Shown in pieces: positions 7,709-17,358 of a stretch of DNA of 64,000 bases; the stretch's first letter is position 1; each line of letters starts with the position of its first letter. The notes beneath the pieces were generated by a model. The model saw only the letters and a list, made by a program, of their open reading frames with translations. It did no database searches and was not told the origin of the DNA. Both the position numbers and the translations under genes were made by a program. The stretch lies in IMG/VR virus record IMGVR_UViG_3300008259_005066, positions 124,001 to 188,000 of that record. The stretch is one strand, 5' to 3'.

Positions 7709-9369
7709 TCTTGTCCGTTTATCACGGCCCAGGCATAGCCTGAGCGCATCTCTTCCACTGTGAACTGATGGTAGGCTAGACAGCGCAAAAGGGCATAGAC
7801 CTGATCAGTGTCCGGCATGAACGGTGTTTCTATAGTGGATAGATCTTTGTTGGACAATGGCTGTGCGGCATTGGGCCCCATGGTAAACACTGGTTTGCCA
7901 TAGATCAAACTTTCCACCGCGGCGATAGAATTGAAAGTGACCACACAATGCACATCTCGGTTGAGTGCATCCTGCATGGTATCCACGCTGGCTCTCACAC
8001 TGCGAGGCTGTTTGAGACGCACTTCAATCTCTCGATCAGTGTATTCTTTGATCGTGGTTATGGTCTTTTCCATCCAGCAATCTAGATCCAGATTCCAATA
8101 TTTCATAGCTTTCTCGCTGGGCGGACAGATCAAGATCTTACTGCCTGGTGTGTGACGATAGGGTCGGACTCTGGTGCGGTCTAATCTATCACTAGGCCGA
8201 TCTTGGATGGGACCTAACCATTGCATGGCATTCTTGGTCACTCTGTGATAGTCTTTGAGTTTTCCGTTACCAAAATATCCTGTGTCGATATAGTAGTAGT
8301 CTCGGCCCTGTTGTTCGCATCGTTGCATTATTTTTTTCTTGGTGATACTGCGCAGAGCGATAGGGTTGTCGCTGTGCTCCACATCTACCCAGGGACTGAT
8401 GCGTCCCATGGCACCGGTGACAAAACTATGCACTATGCCATCATACTTGATACCTTTTTCTTTGGCCTTGCGGCTGACGTCTTCCATTTCACTTATTCCT
8501 ATTAATTGCTTTTGTTCTGGATCACAGGCATATCTCTGGATACGCTGGCACACATCATCATAACCGTGTTGGTTGTAACCGTAGAGATTTTTGCTGTCTT
8601 GGATAGACCAGACCACATCCTTGAGTAACTGCCGTAGTTCCTGGGGGTAATCAAGATTATCGATCTCTTTGGTGCTGTGATCCACTTGTTTGGCACGCAG
8701 ATCACATTGATATTCTTTCCATACATCGCTGTAAGCACAATGGCTGTAGTTGTCAAACCAGGGGCCGCCTTCGGTGTAATGCAGAGCTTTGGGTGTGCCA
8801 TCCCATGGCTGATGATACCATCCTACCAACCAGTTCCACTCGGGTCTGAGTTCGCCAATTTCTTCTTCTTTGAGCCAAGAGAATCTGTGTAGTTCCTGTC
8901 CGGTGGCATTGTTGATATGATAGGGCGTGAGCCATTCGTTTGATTTATGTCCGCAGTTGAACAATATCATGCTGGACCAATTCTTGCGAGGGTAATACTC
9001 TTGTCGCTGGCCATCCATCTTGACAGTGTTTTGTGGGCGATAGTCATGTTTGACCAACATCACGGCATATCGTGGGTCAGCCTGTGCTATGAGTTCTTGT
9101 ATGTCTCCCAACCAGAGGAAATCACAGTCACAAAATATAGCCCAGCCTTTATAGTCATTGAGACGCGGAACTAAAAATCTCGTGAAGGTGAATTCCGTGC
9201 TGGCCTGCACGTCTCTGGGTCTGGTGTAAAGCAGATTCTCTCTCAGATCATCTTGTTTGAGCATATGGATCGTCACAGGCTCGGATGCGTTTTGCTGTAT
9301 GCTGTATTCGCACACATCGGCGGCTATGGGTTCTCGGCTGTCCCAGCCTATGTAAACATTGGTAGTCAT
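7705..9369 (-). CDS. two-domain glycosyltransferase: N-terminal GT-A plus C-terminal KpsS-like domain
   Basis: VYIGWDSRE, STEFTFTRF, FCDCDFL, RKNWSS, ALHYTEGGPWF; C-terminal VVTFNSIAAVESLIYGKP. Confidence 0.75.
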   Translation of the reverse strand: MTTNVYIGWDSREPIAADVCEYSIQQNASEPVTIHMLKQDDLRENLLYTRPRDVQASTEFTFTRFLVPRLNDYKGWAIFCDCDFLWLGDIQELIAQADPRYAVMLVKHDYRPQNTVKMDGQRQEYYPRKNWSSMILFNCGHKSNEWLTPYHINNATGQELHRFSWLKEEEIGELRPEWNWLVGWYHQPWDGTPKALHYTEGGPWFDNYSHCAYSDVWKEYQCDLRAKQVDHSTKEIDNLDYPQELRQLLKDVVWSIQDSKNLYGYNQHGYDDVCQRIQRYACDPEQKQLIGISEMEDVSRKAKEKGIKYDGIVHSFVTGAMGRISPWVDVEHSDNPIALRSITKKKIMQRCEQQGRDYYYIDTGYFGNGKLKDYHRVTKNAMQWLGPIQDRPSDRLDRTRVRPYRHTPGSKILICPPSEKAMKYWNLDLDCWMEKTITTIKEYTDREIEVRLKQPRSVRASVDTMQDALNRDVHCVVTFNSIAAVESLIYGKPVFTMGPNAAQPLSNKDLSTIETPFMPDTDQVYALLRCLAYHQFTVEEMRSGYAWAVINGQE

Positions 9370-10133
9370 AACTGTCTTTCTATGTCCTCTTCTTCACAAC
9401 GATCACCATACTGTATCTCCACTATCTTGAGCGGGTTAGGATCTTCGTTGACCAACTGATGCCATTCATGTGTGCTGATATGTAGATACTGATGACGCTG
9501 ATAACGGCCCTGTAGTTCAGTGTCCGTGGTAGTTGAATCCACTGTGTAGACCGTGGCTTCGCCCGATGCTACCAACCAGAATTCTGCGCGATCTTGATGA
9601 CGTTGCATGCTGAGAGCGGCTCCTGGCTCTACTGTGAGTTCTTTGACTTTCACTCCCGGTGTTTCATGCAACACGCGATAATAACCCCATGGACGTCGTG
9701 TCTGAGGCGCTTTCCATTCTTCCAGTATCCAGGACGAAGAATTGGCTTTGTTGAATCCACCTATGCCAAACACAAACTTCACATTGTCATCGGCCACATC
9801 CATCTCAGGACAGTTGTAGTCAGTCCTATCACCGCCGTTGGCGAAAATAATCTCATCCTGCGGATAACTCTGCCGACACATCCTGATGGCATTTTTTGCA
9901 GTTCCGTCTGAATCATCAAAATCTATCACGTAGTCCACACCAGCGATAGCCCGTAATATGGCAGTGCGTTCGCGCAGAGGCATGAATGCACGCCCTTTCT
10001 TTTGTCGCAACCATGCATCGGAGTTGGCACCTATCACTAGGATGTCTCCCAGTGCCTTGGCTGCTTGGATGTAAGCAAGGTGCCCAGAATGTATGGGATC
10101 GAATCCCCCGGTTATCAAAACTATTTTCTTCAT
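9366..10133 (-). CDS. HxGH-type nucleotidyltransferase fused to mannose-6-phosphate-isomerase-type cupin
   Basis: ITGGFDPIHSGH, FANGGDR; C-terminal RPWG...SMQRHQDRAEFW cupin. Confidence 0.85.
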   Translation of the reverse strand: MKKIVLITGGFDPIHSGHLAYIQAAKALGDILVIGANSDAWLRQKKGRAFMPLRERTAILRAIAGVDYVIDFDDSDGTAKNAIRMCRQSYPQDEIIFANGGDRTDYNCPEMDVADDNVKFVFGIGGFNKANSSSWILEEWKAPQTRRPWGYYRVLHETPGVKVKELTVEPGAALSMQRHQDRAEFWLVASGEATVYTVDSTTTDTELQGRYQRHQYLHISTHEWHQLVNEDPNPLKIVEIQYGDRCEEEDIERQL

Positions 10134-10690
10134 CGTTTTTCCAATATCACATCATATTTGCTGCCAAACAGTATGGGATTTTTTTCTCGTCTATCGAAAG
10201 GTTCTACTCGTTCCCATACGATATTGACCTGCATGTTTTTAAGTATCTGCTCTCGCCACCAGTCCGGCTCTTTTACGATAAGATGGCAGTTACGCCCATC
10301 GGGTAATAGTTTTTTAGCAGGATGGCAGGCTATGCGGAAAAATCCACAGCGTTGCATCTTGTCGCTCATCACTGCCAGGCTCTGAGCCAAGTGCTCGGGT
10401 TCGATATGTTCGATGGCATCAGTGGATATGATAGTGTCGAAAGTCCGCGTGGGCATGACAGCGAAATCTGGATTGCCTGGATCGTATCCAAACACTTCTA
10501 TGGCAGGAAAATTCTCTTTGATGGTAGCGATCAGCGCACCTTTGCCGCAACCAAAATCAATGAGATCGCGGGGTTGATATTGTTCGATAAATGGTCTGAC
10601 CAATTTGAATTGCTTGGCACCGTTGTTGAACTTGCCTTTTTCATGCATGGCCTGTATCTGTTGTTGATAACTTTGATTGATTATAGTCAT
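10130..10690 (-). CDS. class I SAM-dependent methyltransferase
   Basis: LIDFGCGKG motif I, DAIEHI. Confidence 0.85.
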   Translation of the reverse strand: MTIINQSYQQQIQAMHEKGKFNNGAKQFKLVRPFIEQYQPRDLIDFGCGKGALIATIKENFPAIEVFGYDPGNPDFAVMPTRTFDTIISTDAIEHIEPEHLAQSLAVMSDKMQRCGFFRIACHPAKKLLPDGRNCHLIVKEPDWWREQILKNMQVNIVWERVEPFDRREKNPILFGSKYDVILEKR

Positions 10691-11421
10691 ACTCGGAATA
10701 ATTTCCTATCTTGATGTGCGTCTATGTTGATGTATCTGCGCAAACAGTTGGCACCTATACGCGGGGTCACGCCGTGGATGGTATCTGCTGTGTTGAGAAA
10801 CAGTATCATGGTATTGGCACGATACGGAACTGTTCCGGCTGCTGCCACATGATCCGGATTGACTTCTCTGATGCCAGTGTATTCTGGAGCGGGCACCAGT
10901 TTGCGGAACACCTGGATGTCGCCGCCCACGCTGGTGTCTTCGGGTTTGCGCATATACAACAGGCCAGCAAACAGTTCTCGGCTGTTGTCCAAATGCGTGG
11001 TCCTCACTGTGGTATCTTGCTGACCGTTAAGAACGAACTGCACTTCCATCTGCACTGTGCCAGCGCGACCATCATGCCGTTCTGATACTCCTGCATCACG
11101 TAGATCTTGGGCAAACTCTGGATAATACTTTTCCAGGGCTGGTTCAAAAAGATCCAACACACGATTTTTGAAAGACACACTGTTGTGATAGGCCACAAAT
11201 TCTTGCCACAATGGAGACACAGTTCCTGGAACGAATTCATGCTGACGATAACGGCGTGCCTGGAAATGTGTCTTGCCATCCTGCATCATGTGTGCTTCAG
11301 GATACTCTGCTATCAACTGATCATACAATGTCTGCGGTAGAGCATCATGGATGCAAAAATACGGGCAAGGATCCTGTAGGAGATCGTCTTTGGTTATGGT
11401 CTGTGTTACATCAAGATGCAT
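10687..11421 (-). CDS. 2OG-Fe(II) oxygenase
   Basis: THLD...IHGVTPR...RRY (HxD...H...R). Start moved to ATG 11421, coupled to upstream stop. Confidence 0.8.
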   Translation of the reverse strand: MHLDVTQTITKDDLLQDPCPYFCIHDALPQTLYDQLIAEYPEAHMMQDGKTHFQARRYRQHEFVPGTVSPLWQEFVAYHNSVSFKNRVLDLFEPALEKYYPEFAQDLRDAGVSERHDGRAGTVQMEVQFVLNGQQDTTVRTTHLDNSRELFAGLLYMRKPEDTSVGGDIQVFRKLVPAPEYTGIREVNPDHVAAAGTVPYRANTMILFLNTADTIHGVTPRIGANCLRRYINIDAHQDRKLFRV

Positions 11422-12220
11422 CGCTGTTTCCTTGTTGATAAAATGGCTTGATATCATCCGATGATAATTCATGACCATTGAGCCATAATTCTCTATAGGC
11501 CGAAAGAGGCCAGTGTTTTTTTCTCTTGGTTTTCATATGACGGAACCATTCTCCCAACCAATGACCATGTATGGGTGTGCTTTTTTTCCTATGGCATTGA
11601 GATCGAAGATTGACATGATCCACGGTCAATGCCGCATGCATGCATATCTCTCCGTCCCAAAACATCCATGCTGATTCAGGCATGCAAGGCTCAAGATAAT
11701 AGCGCGAATATTCATCTCGGAATTTGGAAAAATCAGCATGTGCAGTGTCGATCAACACGAAGCCACTTTCTGCGGTAACGACCAATCGATCATCCACGGG
11801 CCGACTCACATCAAACAGTGCCACACAGTGATCTTCCAACGCACGATCCAGATGTTGCGATTCAAAAGGACGCATGGTAAAACTATCTGCATCTAACCAG
11901 CATATCCGATCGTGACTGTGATTCATCATATGGACCCAGGCCAGTCCTTTTTTGGTATAGCGTTGAGTATGCTGACTGCCCCAATGAGGCATCAGTGTGG
12001 TTGAGTTCTGCGCGATATGATCAAAGTTTTGACCGCAACAGGTCTGCCAGTCTCTGATCTCAAGTCGAGGATCCGTGGGCAAATCGATATCGTCTTCAAG
12101 ATACACTACCATTTTTGCATCTTGGGGCCAGTGATGCAACCATGAAGCCAGCATCTCCTCGGCGATGATGTCGTATAGCCTGCGATTAAAACTGGTAAAG
12201 CATGTCCAAGTGGGATTCAT
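11411..12220 (-). CDS. GT-A fold glycosyltransferase-like protein
   Basis: CWLDADSF DxD, AESGFV; resembles 5970..6809. Confidence 0.6.
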   Translation of the reverse strand: MNPTWTCFTSFNRRLYDIIAEEMLASWLHHWPQDAKMVVYLEDDIDLPTDPRLEIRDWQTCCGQNFDHIAQNSTTLMPHWGSQHTQRYTKKGLAWVHMMNHSHDRICWLDADSFTMRPFESQHLDRALEDHCVALFDVSRPVDDRLVVTAESGFVLIDTAHADFSKFRDEYSRYYLEPCMPESAWMFWDGEICMHAALTVDHVNLRSQCHRKKSTPIHGHWLGEWFRHMKTKRKKHWPLSAYRELWLNGHELSSDDIKPFYQQGNSDAS

Positions 12221-12876
12221 GATTTCTGCACCACTACAAATTTTTGTTTGGTGAATTCTTGGTCGGGACCAAAATATTCATCCACGGCTTTTTTAGCGCC
12301 ATCCCAACTGTGATAGTCATCAATCACGAGATACCCACCACTGACCAGTCGAGGATATAACACTTCTAACTCAATCTTTGTGCTGAGATAAAAATCTGTG
12401 TCCAATCTCAAAAATGCTATCTGATCCGGTAGATCCAATGATGTCAAAGTTTGGCTTACATCTCCCTTGATGAAATGTGTCCTATGCGGGGGCAATACCG
12501 ACCATACATTGTTCTGCACATCATCTAGATCGGCTCTGCACCAGTTGCGGCCTTCGTGTCCACCTTTGCGCCATTTTAAACTTTCAGTGGCATGTTTGCC
12601 TTCTCTATAATCATATTCAGACACTCCTTGCATACCTTCAAATGTATCATAGAGCCAATAATCTCTTTCATGATCGTCTACCATGGCAGCGGCCATGATC
12701 TGACCTCCGCGCCAGACGCCACATTCAACCACCGCTCCGGGTATGTCTCGTTGATTGAGATCTTGTATCAGGCGCTGGGTAAAAATCACGAATTTTCCGC
12801 TGGTCATCGTGAACTCGCGCACACGTTCGGCCACTGCAAGTTCCTGTTCGGAATAAGGTCTGTCAGCAGTGATCAT
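12217..12876 (-). CDS. TylF/MycF-family O-methyltransferase
   Basis: VECGVWRGG, YDTFEG, LRLDTDFYLST, VIDDY. Confidence 0.9.
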   Translation of the reverse strand: MITADRPYSEQELAVAERVREFTMTSGKFVIFTQRLIQDLNQRDIPGAVVECGVWRGGQIMAAAMVDDHERDYWLYDTFEGMQGVSEYDYREGKHATESLKWRKGGHEGRNWCRADLDDVQNNVWSVLPPHRTHFIKGDVSQTLTSLDLPDQIAFLRLDTDFYLSTKIELEVLYPRLVSGGYLVIDDYHSWDGAKKAVDEYFGPDQEFTKQKFVVVQKS

Positions 12877-13601
12877 CGGTAATTTCCAGCGATGCCATCG
12901 TCGCTGATGTTGTCACCACCATACATGTGCTGTATGGGTATTTCAAATGGTGCATCCTTGACTTTGCGGAACACAGCAGCCACCATGGGATCGCTTTCCC
13001 AGGTATCAAGTTCTAGTTTGCCTCTGTAGCCTTTGTTGCGACCCAGATTGTTGACGTCTAGTTTGTGTAGATATTGGGCATCACTGGATGCGATCCATAA
13101 CTCTCTCAACTCATAATCGTTTTGATTGGCCAAGCACGGAAACAGATTGGGGTTGTAGTTGAAGAATCCATGATCCACCCAGCGATAGAATGGCAGCACA
13201 TGGATCATGAATCCGCCCACACGGCAAAGGTCATGTGCATTCTTGAACACCATGTATTGGTTGAACACATGTTCCCCGGTGCCGTTGTTTGTGACCAGAT
13301 CAAACTGCTCATGGAATCCGTAGGTCTTGGGTATGTCTACGTTGAGATCCATGGCCACTGCATCTCGTTCAGTATTGACGTCAATGGCCAAGTATCGATC
13401 AAACCCTAGACTGAGATACCAATCTTTGGTTCCACCTAATTCTGCGGGCGGAGATATGCCTAGCTTTTGATAGATTTCACCGCGTGCCTTGGTGTTCTTG
13501 AGAGTTTGATTGCCCAGTTCAATGACTGTGGGCCGACGATTAGTTACAAGTTCGGGCGCTACTGAACCCACTGCTTTTGTGATTAGATTGCTGAATCCCA
13601 T
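12873..13601 (-). CDS. SAM-dependent methyltransferase-like protein
   Basis: IELGNQ, FDLVTNNGTGEHVFNQ; SD GGAGG. Confidence 0.7.
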   Translation of the reverse strand: MGFSNLITKAVGSVAPELVTNRRPTVIELGNQTLKNTKARGEIYQKLGISPPAELGGTKDWYLSLGFDRYLAIDVNTERDAVAMDLNVDIPKTYGFHEQFDLVTNNGTGEHVFNQYMVFKNAHDLCRVGGFMIHVLPFYRWVDHGFFNYNPNLFPCLANQNDYELRELWIASSDAQYLHKLDVNNLGRNKGYRGKLELDTWESDPMVAAVFRKVKDAPFEIPIQHMYGGDNISDDGIAGNYR

Positions 13602-13616
13602 GTGACCTCCATGGGG

Positions 13617-13623
13617 TATTTAT
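13617..13623 (-). promoter_or_regulatory. late-type promoter motif ATAAATA
   Basis: Upstream of GGAGG SD and ATG 13601. Confidence 0.6.
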
Positions 13624-13641
13624 CTACGCAGTTTATTGCGA

Positions 13642-14406
13642 TCAATGATCGCCAAAATAGGCCAGGCTTTTGTCCAACCAAGGCAATAACAGATCTCTCT
13701 GGCGCACATAGCCATATCGATCCAAACTTACCACTGCGCTGGAAGGTAACATGCCTCGTTCGGCTAGATGATACCACGACGTGGTCTTGGGATCGCTGGG
13801 CTGATGACCACTGCGATACACTATGATGTTGATCCAGGGATCTGCGGGATTTTTTTGGAAGAATCCCGATGAGCAGTCCCAACCGGTAGTGGCCAACATA
13901 TACATCAAGCTGACCACGGTGTGATTGTAATAACAATGACTGGGCAGGTCAAAGGCCTGGCGCTGGAATTCGATGTTGGTGGTTTGCGGCACCATGAGCA
14001 CCAGCATGGCACCAGGATTGGCGATGTTCCACCAATTGGACAGGCAACCCAGGGGATTGATCATGTATTGGAACGTGTCATGACACCACAGTAGGTCATA
14101 TCGGTGTTTGGTTTGATTGAGAGTCTCTAGATCTTGTTTTATGTAGTGGACGCCGGCACGTCTAGCTGGGGGTGCCAGTGAATCGACCACGGTATCCACA
14201 CCTGTGCAAGTGATATTGAGAGGTCTAGGGTTGTCATCTCTGGTGGTTCGGGTGGCCCACCAGGTGAGATCCAGAGCATCTGCTCCGCATCCTAGGTCTA
14301 TCACGCGGCCCACGCTTTCCATGAAATCGTCGTGTTCATACAGCGATTCCAGCACTTGAAGACTGTGCTCGTGGCTGGCTTGTGGGCTTGAGAATCCTTT
14401 ATGCAT
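13642..14406 (-). CDS. class I SAM-dependent methyltransferase
   Basis: VIDLGCG, YDLLWCHDTFQY. Confidence 0.8.
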   Translation of the reverse strand: MHKGFSSPQASHEHSLQVLESLYEHDDFMESVGRVIDLGCGADALDLTWWATRTTRDDNPRPLNITCTGVDTVVDSLAPPARRAGVHYIKQDLETLNQTKHRYDLLWCHDTFQYMINPLGCLSNWWNIANPGAMLVLMVPQTTNIEFQRQAFDLPSHCYYNHTVVSLMYMLATTGWDCSSGFFQKNPADPWINIIVYRSGHQPSDPKTTSWYHLAERGMLPSSAVVSLDRYGYVRQRDLLLPWLDKSLAYFGDH

Positions 14407-15427
14407 GAGAAAATTCTTCCAATATCTGTGTATGCCTAACTATGGCTGTGGCATGTATATAGTCGATCAGTTGAGCATTGGCTTGCAATCGATCCCAATG
14501 TTGTTGTCTCAATTCTACCATGTCTTGCTGGCTGACACGATGCACCAATTGCACTACCTGAGTCATGCGCACCCAGGGATCTGGTATATCATCATATGAG
14601 TGATTGTCAAACACATCATCAAACACATCAAACCCCATGCGCCTCACTTGGGCCACCAAGCCGGGCACTGCATACCAAACAGGAAACTGATGCCATGCCA
14701 TGGCTTTGAAAGTTTTTTCTGTGATAAAAATACTGCGCCAGGTGTTGGGGTCGATCTGGCTGGAACTTTCTACTACTAGATTCACAGGTGCTCGATAGAA
14801 AAAATCATGATCTATGCGATGCTGAAAAACTTGATCAGCCATAGGGCGGTCAACAATCATGGGATATGGTCGCGGCCATATCAACTGCTTGATGTCATCG
14901 CTGGGCTCCACACCATTGGTGCCAAACGTCATTATCAGTTCATCAGATCTGAATTTTGATAGCAGCCGTTTTGCGAGATTCGCTCTGCCGATGCTGGGCC
15001 TTCGCATGAGACAGGTCAGTCGGTGCGTCATTGGCAAGCCTGCCCAGTTGATGCGGTAATGCCGAAGATGATCATACCAATTACCATTGTAGATCAATCT
15101 GTCGGGCAGTGATGTAGCTCGATAAGGCAATCGATCAATCTGTTCTACACAACTGAATATTACCCGGAAATTTTCAACAGGAACCTGTCTTCTTTGACAT
15201 AACAAATCAAACATTCCTTGCATGTCTCCAGCATCAATGCCTTCGGGCTTGAGATCAAAAACCCAAATATAATCGCGGGCATCGTTCAATGAAAGTCTGT
15301 GTTGTTCAAGATCCTGTTCCAGTAATGGAACAAACCCATCGGATCTCAGTTCTTGTGAAGTGATATTGCGCCAAGCATCATAATATAAAACTCGGCCATT
15401 GTCATGCAGTCGTAAACGACTGATCAT
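14399..15427 (-). CDS. putative GT-B/GT10-like protein (TEK motif family)
   Basis: VNLVVESS...FITEKTFK...GFDVFDD motif shared with 62881..63951. Start ATG 15427 overlaps uvsY stop (ATGA). Confidence 0.5.
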   Translation of the reverse strand: MISRLRLHDNGRVLYYDAWRNITSQELRSDGFVPLLEQDLEQHRLSLNDARDYIWVFDLKPEGIDAGDMQGMFDLLCQRRQVPVENFRVIFSCVEQIDRLPYRATSLPDRLIYNGNWYDHLRHYRINWAGLPMTHRLTCLMRRPSIGRANLAKRLLSKFRSDELIMTFGTNGVEPSDDIKQLIWPRPYPMIVDRPMADQVFQHRIDHDFFYRAPVNLVVESSSQIDPNTWRSIFITEKTFKAMAWHQFPVWYAVPGLVAQVRRMGFDVFDDVFDNHSYDDIPDPWVRMTQVVQLVHRVSQQDMVELRQQHWDRLQANAQLIDYIHATAIVRHTQILEEFSHA

Positions 15428-15876
15428 ACCTGGATGTCTTCCATCCCCGCTGTGCGCAAGCGGACGATATGTCCCATTTGCCATTGTTTAGTATCAAGCC
15501 CTTTCATGATACCCAACCAACGATTACGTAAGAGAGCCACTTCGTTGATGATGGTCTCAAAATCAATGACCTCGTCCTCGCCATCTACATATTTTTCCGC
15601 GTCTCGGCTGGTCAGCGCCCGGGCGTAACCCTCGAGATACTTCTGGAAATGGCGACGGCGGATCTTGCGCAATTGGATATTGAGATAGTTTAAGATGGCT
15701 TCTATCTCTTGCAATTGGTTAAAACGATGTTCAGTGATACCGGGCAATTCCTTGATATTGGTTTCAACAAAGCCACCGATCCTGCACTCGCGTTTGGCTT
15801 CCTCTAGCTCGCGCTCGTAGTGTGCTATAAAATCTGGAATAGCACTCAGGTTAGCAACTACTCGGCTATACCACAT
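15424..15876 (-). CDS. uvsY: UvsY recombination mediator
   Basis: Helical 150-aa protein with YLEGYARALTSRDAEKYVDGE and KQWQMGHIVRLRTAGMED; near uvsX and gp32. Confidence 0.8.
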   Translation of the reverse strand: MWYSRVVANLSAIPDFIAHYERELEEAKRECRIGGFVETNIKELPGITEHRFNQLQEIEAILNYLNIQLRKIRRRHFQKYLEGYARALTSRDAEKYVDGEDEVIDFETIINEVALLRNRWLGIMKGLDTKQWQMGHIVRLRTAGMEDIQV

Positions 15877-17119
15877 TATCTATTTCCTTGACCAGCCACG
15901 GAAATGTTTTGCGCCAACTATTACCCCTACGACGATCTTTTTCATCAAGGAATAATTTGAGATCAGATTTACATTGTAGATCTGGTTGAGAATTTTCGAT
16001 TCGATCTCGTATTCCTTGCATATATTTGAGGGATGTCTGATCCTGTTCGGTATCTGTTGGCATGAGATCTAGTATGCGATCAAAATCTTCTTGGAAAATT
16101 CCTTTTCCAACTATATGAGGCATGAGATATCCAGGTTGTGGACTGATGGCAGAAAAATAATGTCCTACAGGATGCTGATTCCTCCACGATGATAGTTTTT
16201 CCAACAGTTGAGGCATGGTCTTGATAGTTAGCACTGATATAGTCTGATTGATATTAATGGTCAACCACTTGTGTGTCAATAGAGTTAGGAAATTTTTTTC
16301 CCATGATGCCAAATCAACTCCATATCGGACATATTCTTGTTCAGGTCCCCAGCAGTCGATGCTACAGGTTATGTCAATGCGCTTGAGATGTTTCTTTACC
16401 AGCAAAGAACGGAATATTTTCACAAATTTATCTAGTTTGTCTTGAGAAACCATTAGATTGGTCACTATACCTAATTCAAGATCGGAGTGTGGATTATTTT
16501 CAAAAAACTCTAACAATTTCTCAAACTCAGCCTGATAGAATGGTTCCCCTCCTAGCACATTGAACCTACGCAAGGATCCAGAATTTTTATCCATCCAGGA
16601 CCAAAATTTTTCCAACAGTGCTGGATAGTTTTGTGGGCGAGGTGCTGGCGTCAGTTTGATATGTCCAGCTATGAAGTCACCAAATTTGACATTTTCCTGA
16701 TGTAGTTTACTGCTCAATTCTGGCAAACAATAAAGGCAGGCCAGATTGCAAGTGTTGTTAAAAAAAACTTCCAATATTGTCGGAGATACTGTAATGGCTG
16801 TTGGATCATGGCCTAACTCCGGCGGAACCAGGTCAGGAATATTGAGATGCAACATCCTATCACTGAACCCGCCCGACTGTTCTATTTCTCTACAGTATCC
16901 ACAACTTTCTTTGGGCCATTGGCCGTCCAACATTGCGATACGCTCTTGTTTTTTTTTCTCGGTGTTATGGAAATCGTCAAAATTTTCTACAGTCAAAGGA
17001 CTCCAACCTGTGCGATGACAACTGGCTGTAGTTTCATCGTGTAGATACAGGGTAGACCAATTCCATTTTAATTGACAAGCAGTGGCAGTTTTGATTGGGA
17101 AATATTTCGCAGACATCAA
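15866..17119 (-). CDS. Radical SAM protein with N-terminal Cys-rich segment
   Basis: CNLACLYC, LGGEPF, N-terminal C...C...CGYC. Confidence 0.85.
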   Translation of the reverse strand: MMSAKYFPIKTATACQLKWNWSTLYLHDETTASCHRTGWSPLTVENFDDFHNTEKKKQERIAMLDGQWPKESCGYCREIEQSGGFSDRMLHLNIPDLVPPELGHDPTAITVSPTILEVFFNNTCNLACLYCLPELSSKLHQENVKFGDFIAGHIKLTPAPRPQNYPALLEKFWSWMDKNSGSLRRFNVLGGEPFYQAEFEKLLEFFENNPHSDLELGIVTNLMVSQDKLDKFVKIFRSLLVKKHLKRIDITCSIDCWGPEQEYVRYGVDLASWEKNFLTLLTHKWLTININQTISVLTIKTMPQLLEKLSSWRNQHPVGHYFSAISPQPGYLMPHIVGKGIFQEDFDRILDLMPTDTEQDQTSLKYMQGIRDRIENSQPDLQCKSDLKLFLDEKDRRRGNSWRKTFPWLVKEIDNVV

Positions 17120-17355
17120 TACTCGTCATCGTAATCGTCTTCTTCATCTTCCCCAAGATCTTCTTCTTCCTTGAGATATTCTGCCAAGGCACGTTTTACG
17201 TCGCCATCGCCCTTGAATGAATTTTTGATTTCTTCGGCGCTGACGTCGTTGTCAATCAATACCGTGACCAAGGTTTCTGCGGCTTCAGATCTGTCTACAG
17301 AGTTGACATAGCGTTTGACTTCGGTCCAAATTTCTGCGGCTAATTCTACTGACAT
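17116..17355 (-). CDS. small acidic hypothetical protein
   Basis: 79-aa ORF with D/E-rich tail, tightly packed after uvsX. Confidence 0.7.
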   Translation of the reverse strand: MSVELAAEIWTEVKRYVNSVDRSEAAETLVTVLIDNDVSAEEIKNSFKGDGDVKRALAEYLKEEEDLGEDEEDDYDDEY

Positions 17356-17358
17356 CAG

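Noticed and set aside
9366-10133. Calling the nucleotidyltransferase a CMP-Kdo/CMP-Neu5Ac synthetase
   Set aside because: It has the HxGH (TagD/HldE-type) signature, not the KdsB/NeuA fold, so the donor for the KpsS-like and GT42-like proteins is not explained within this window.
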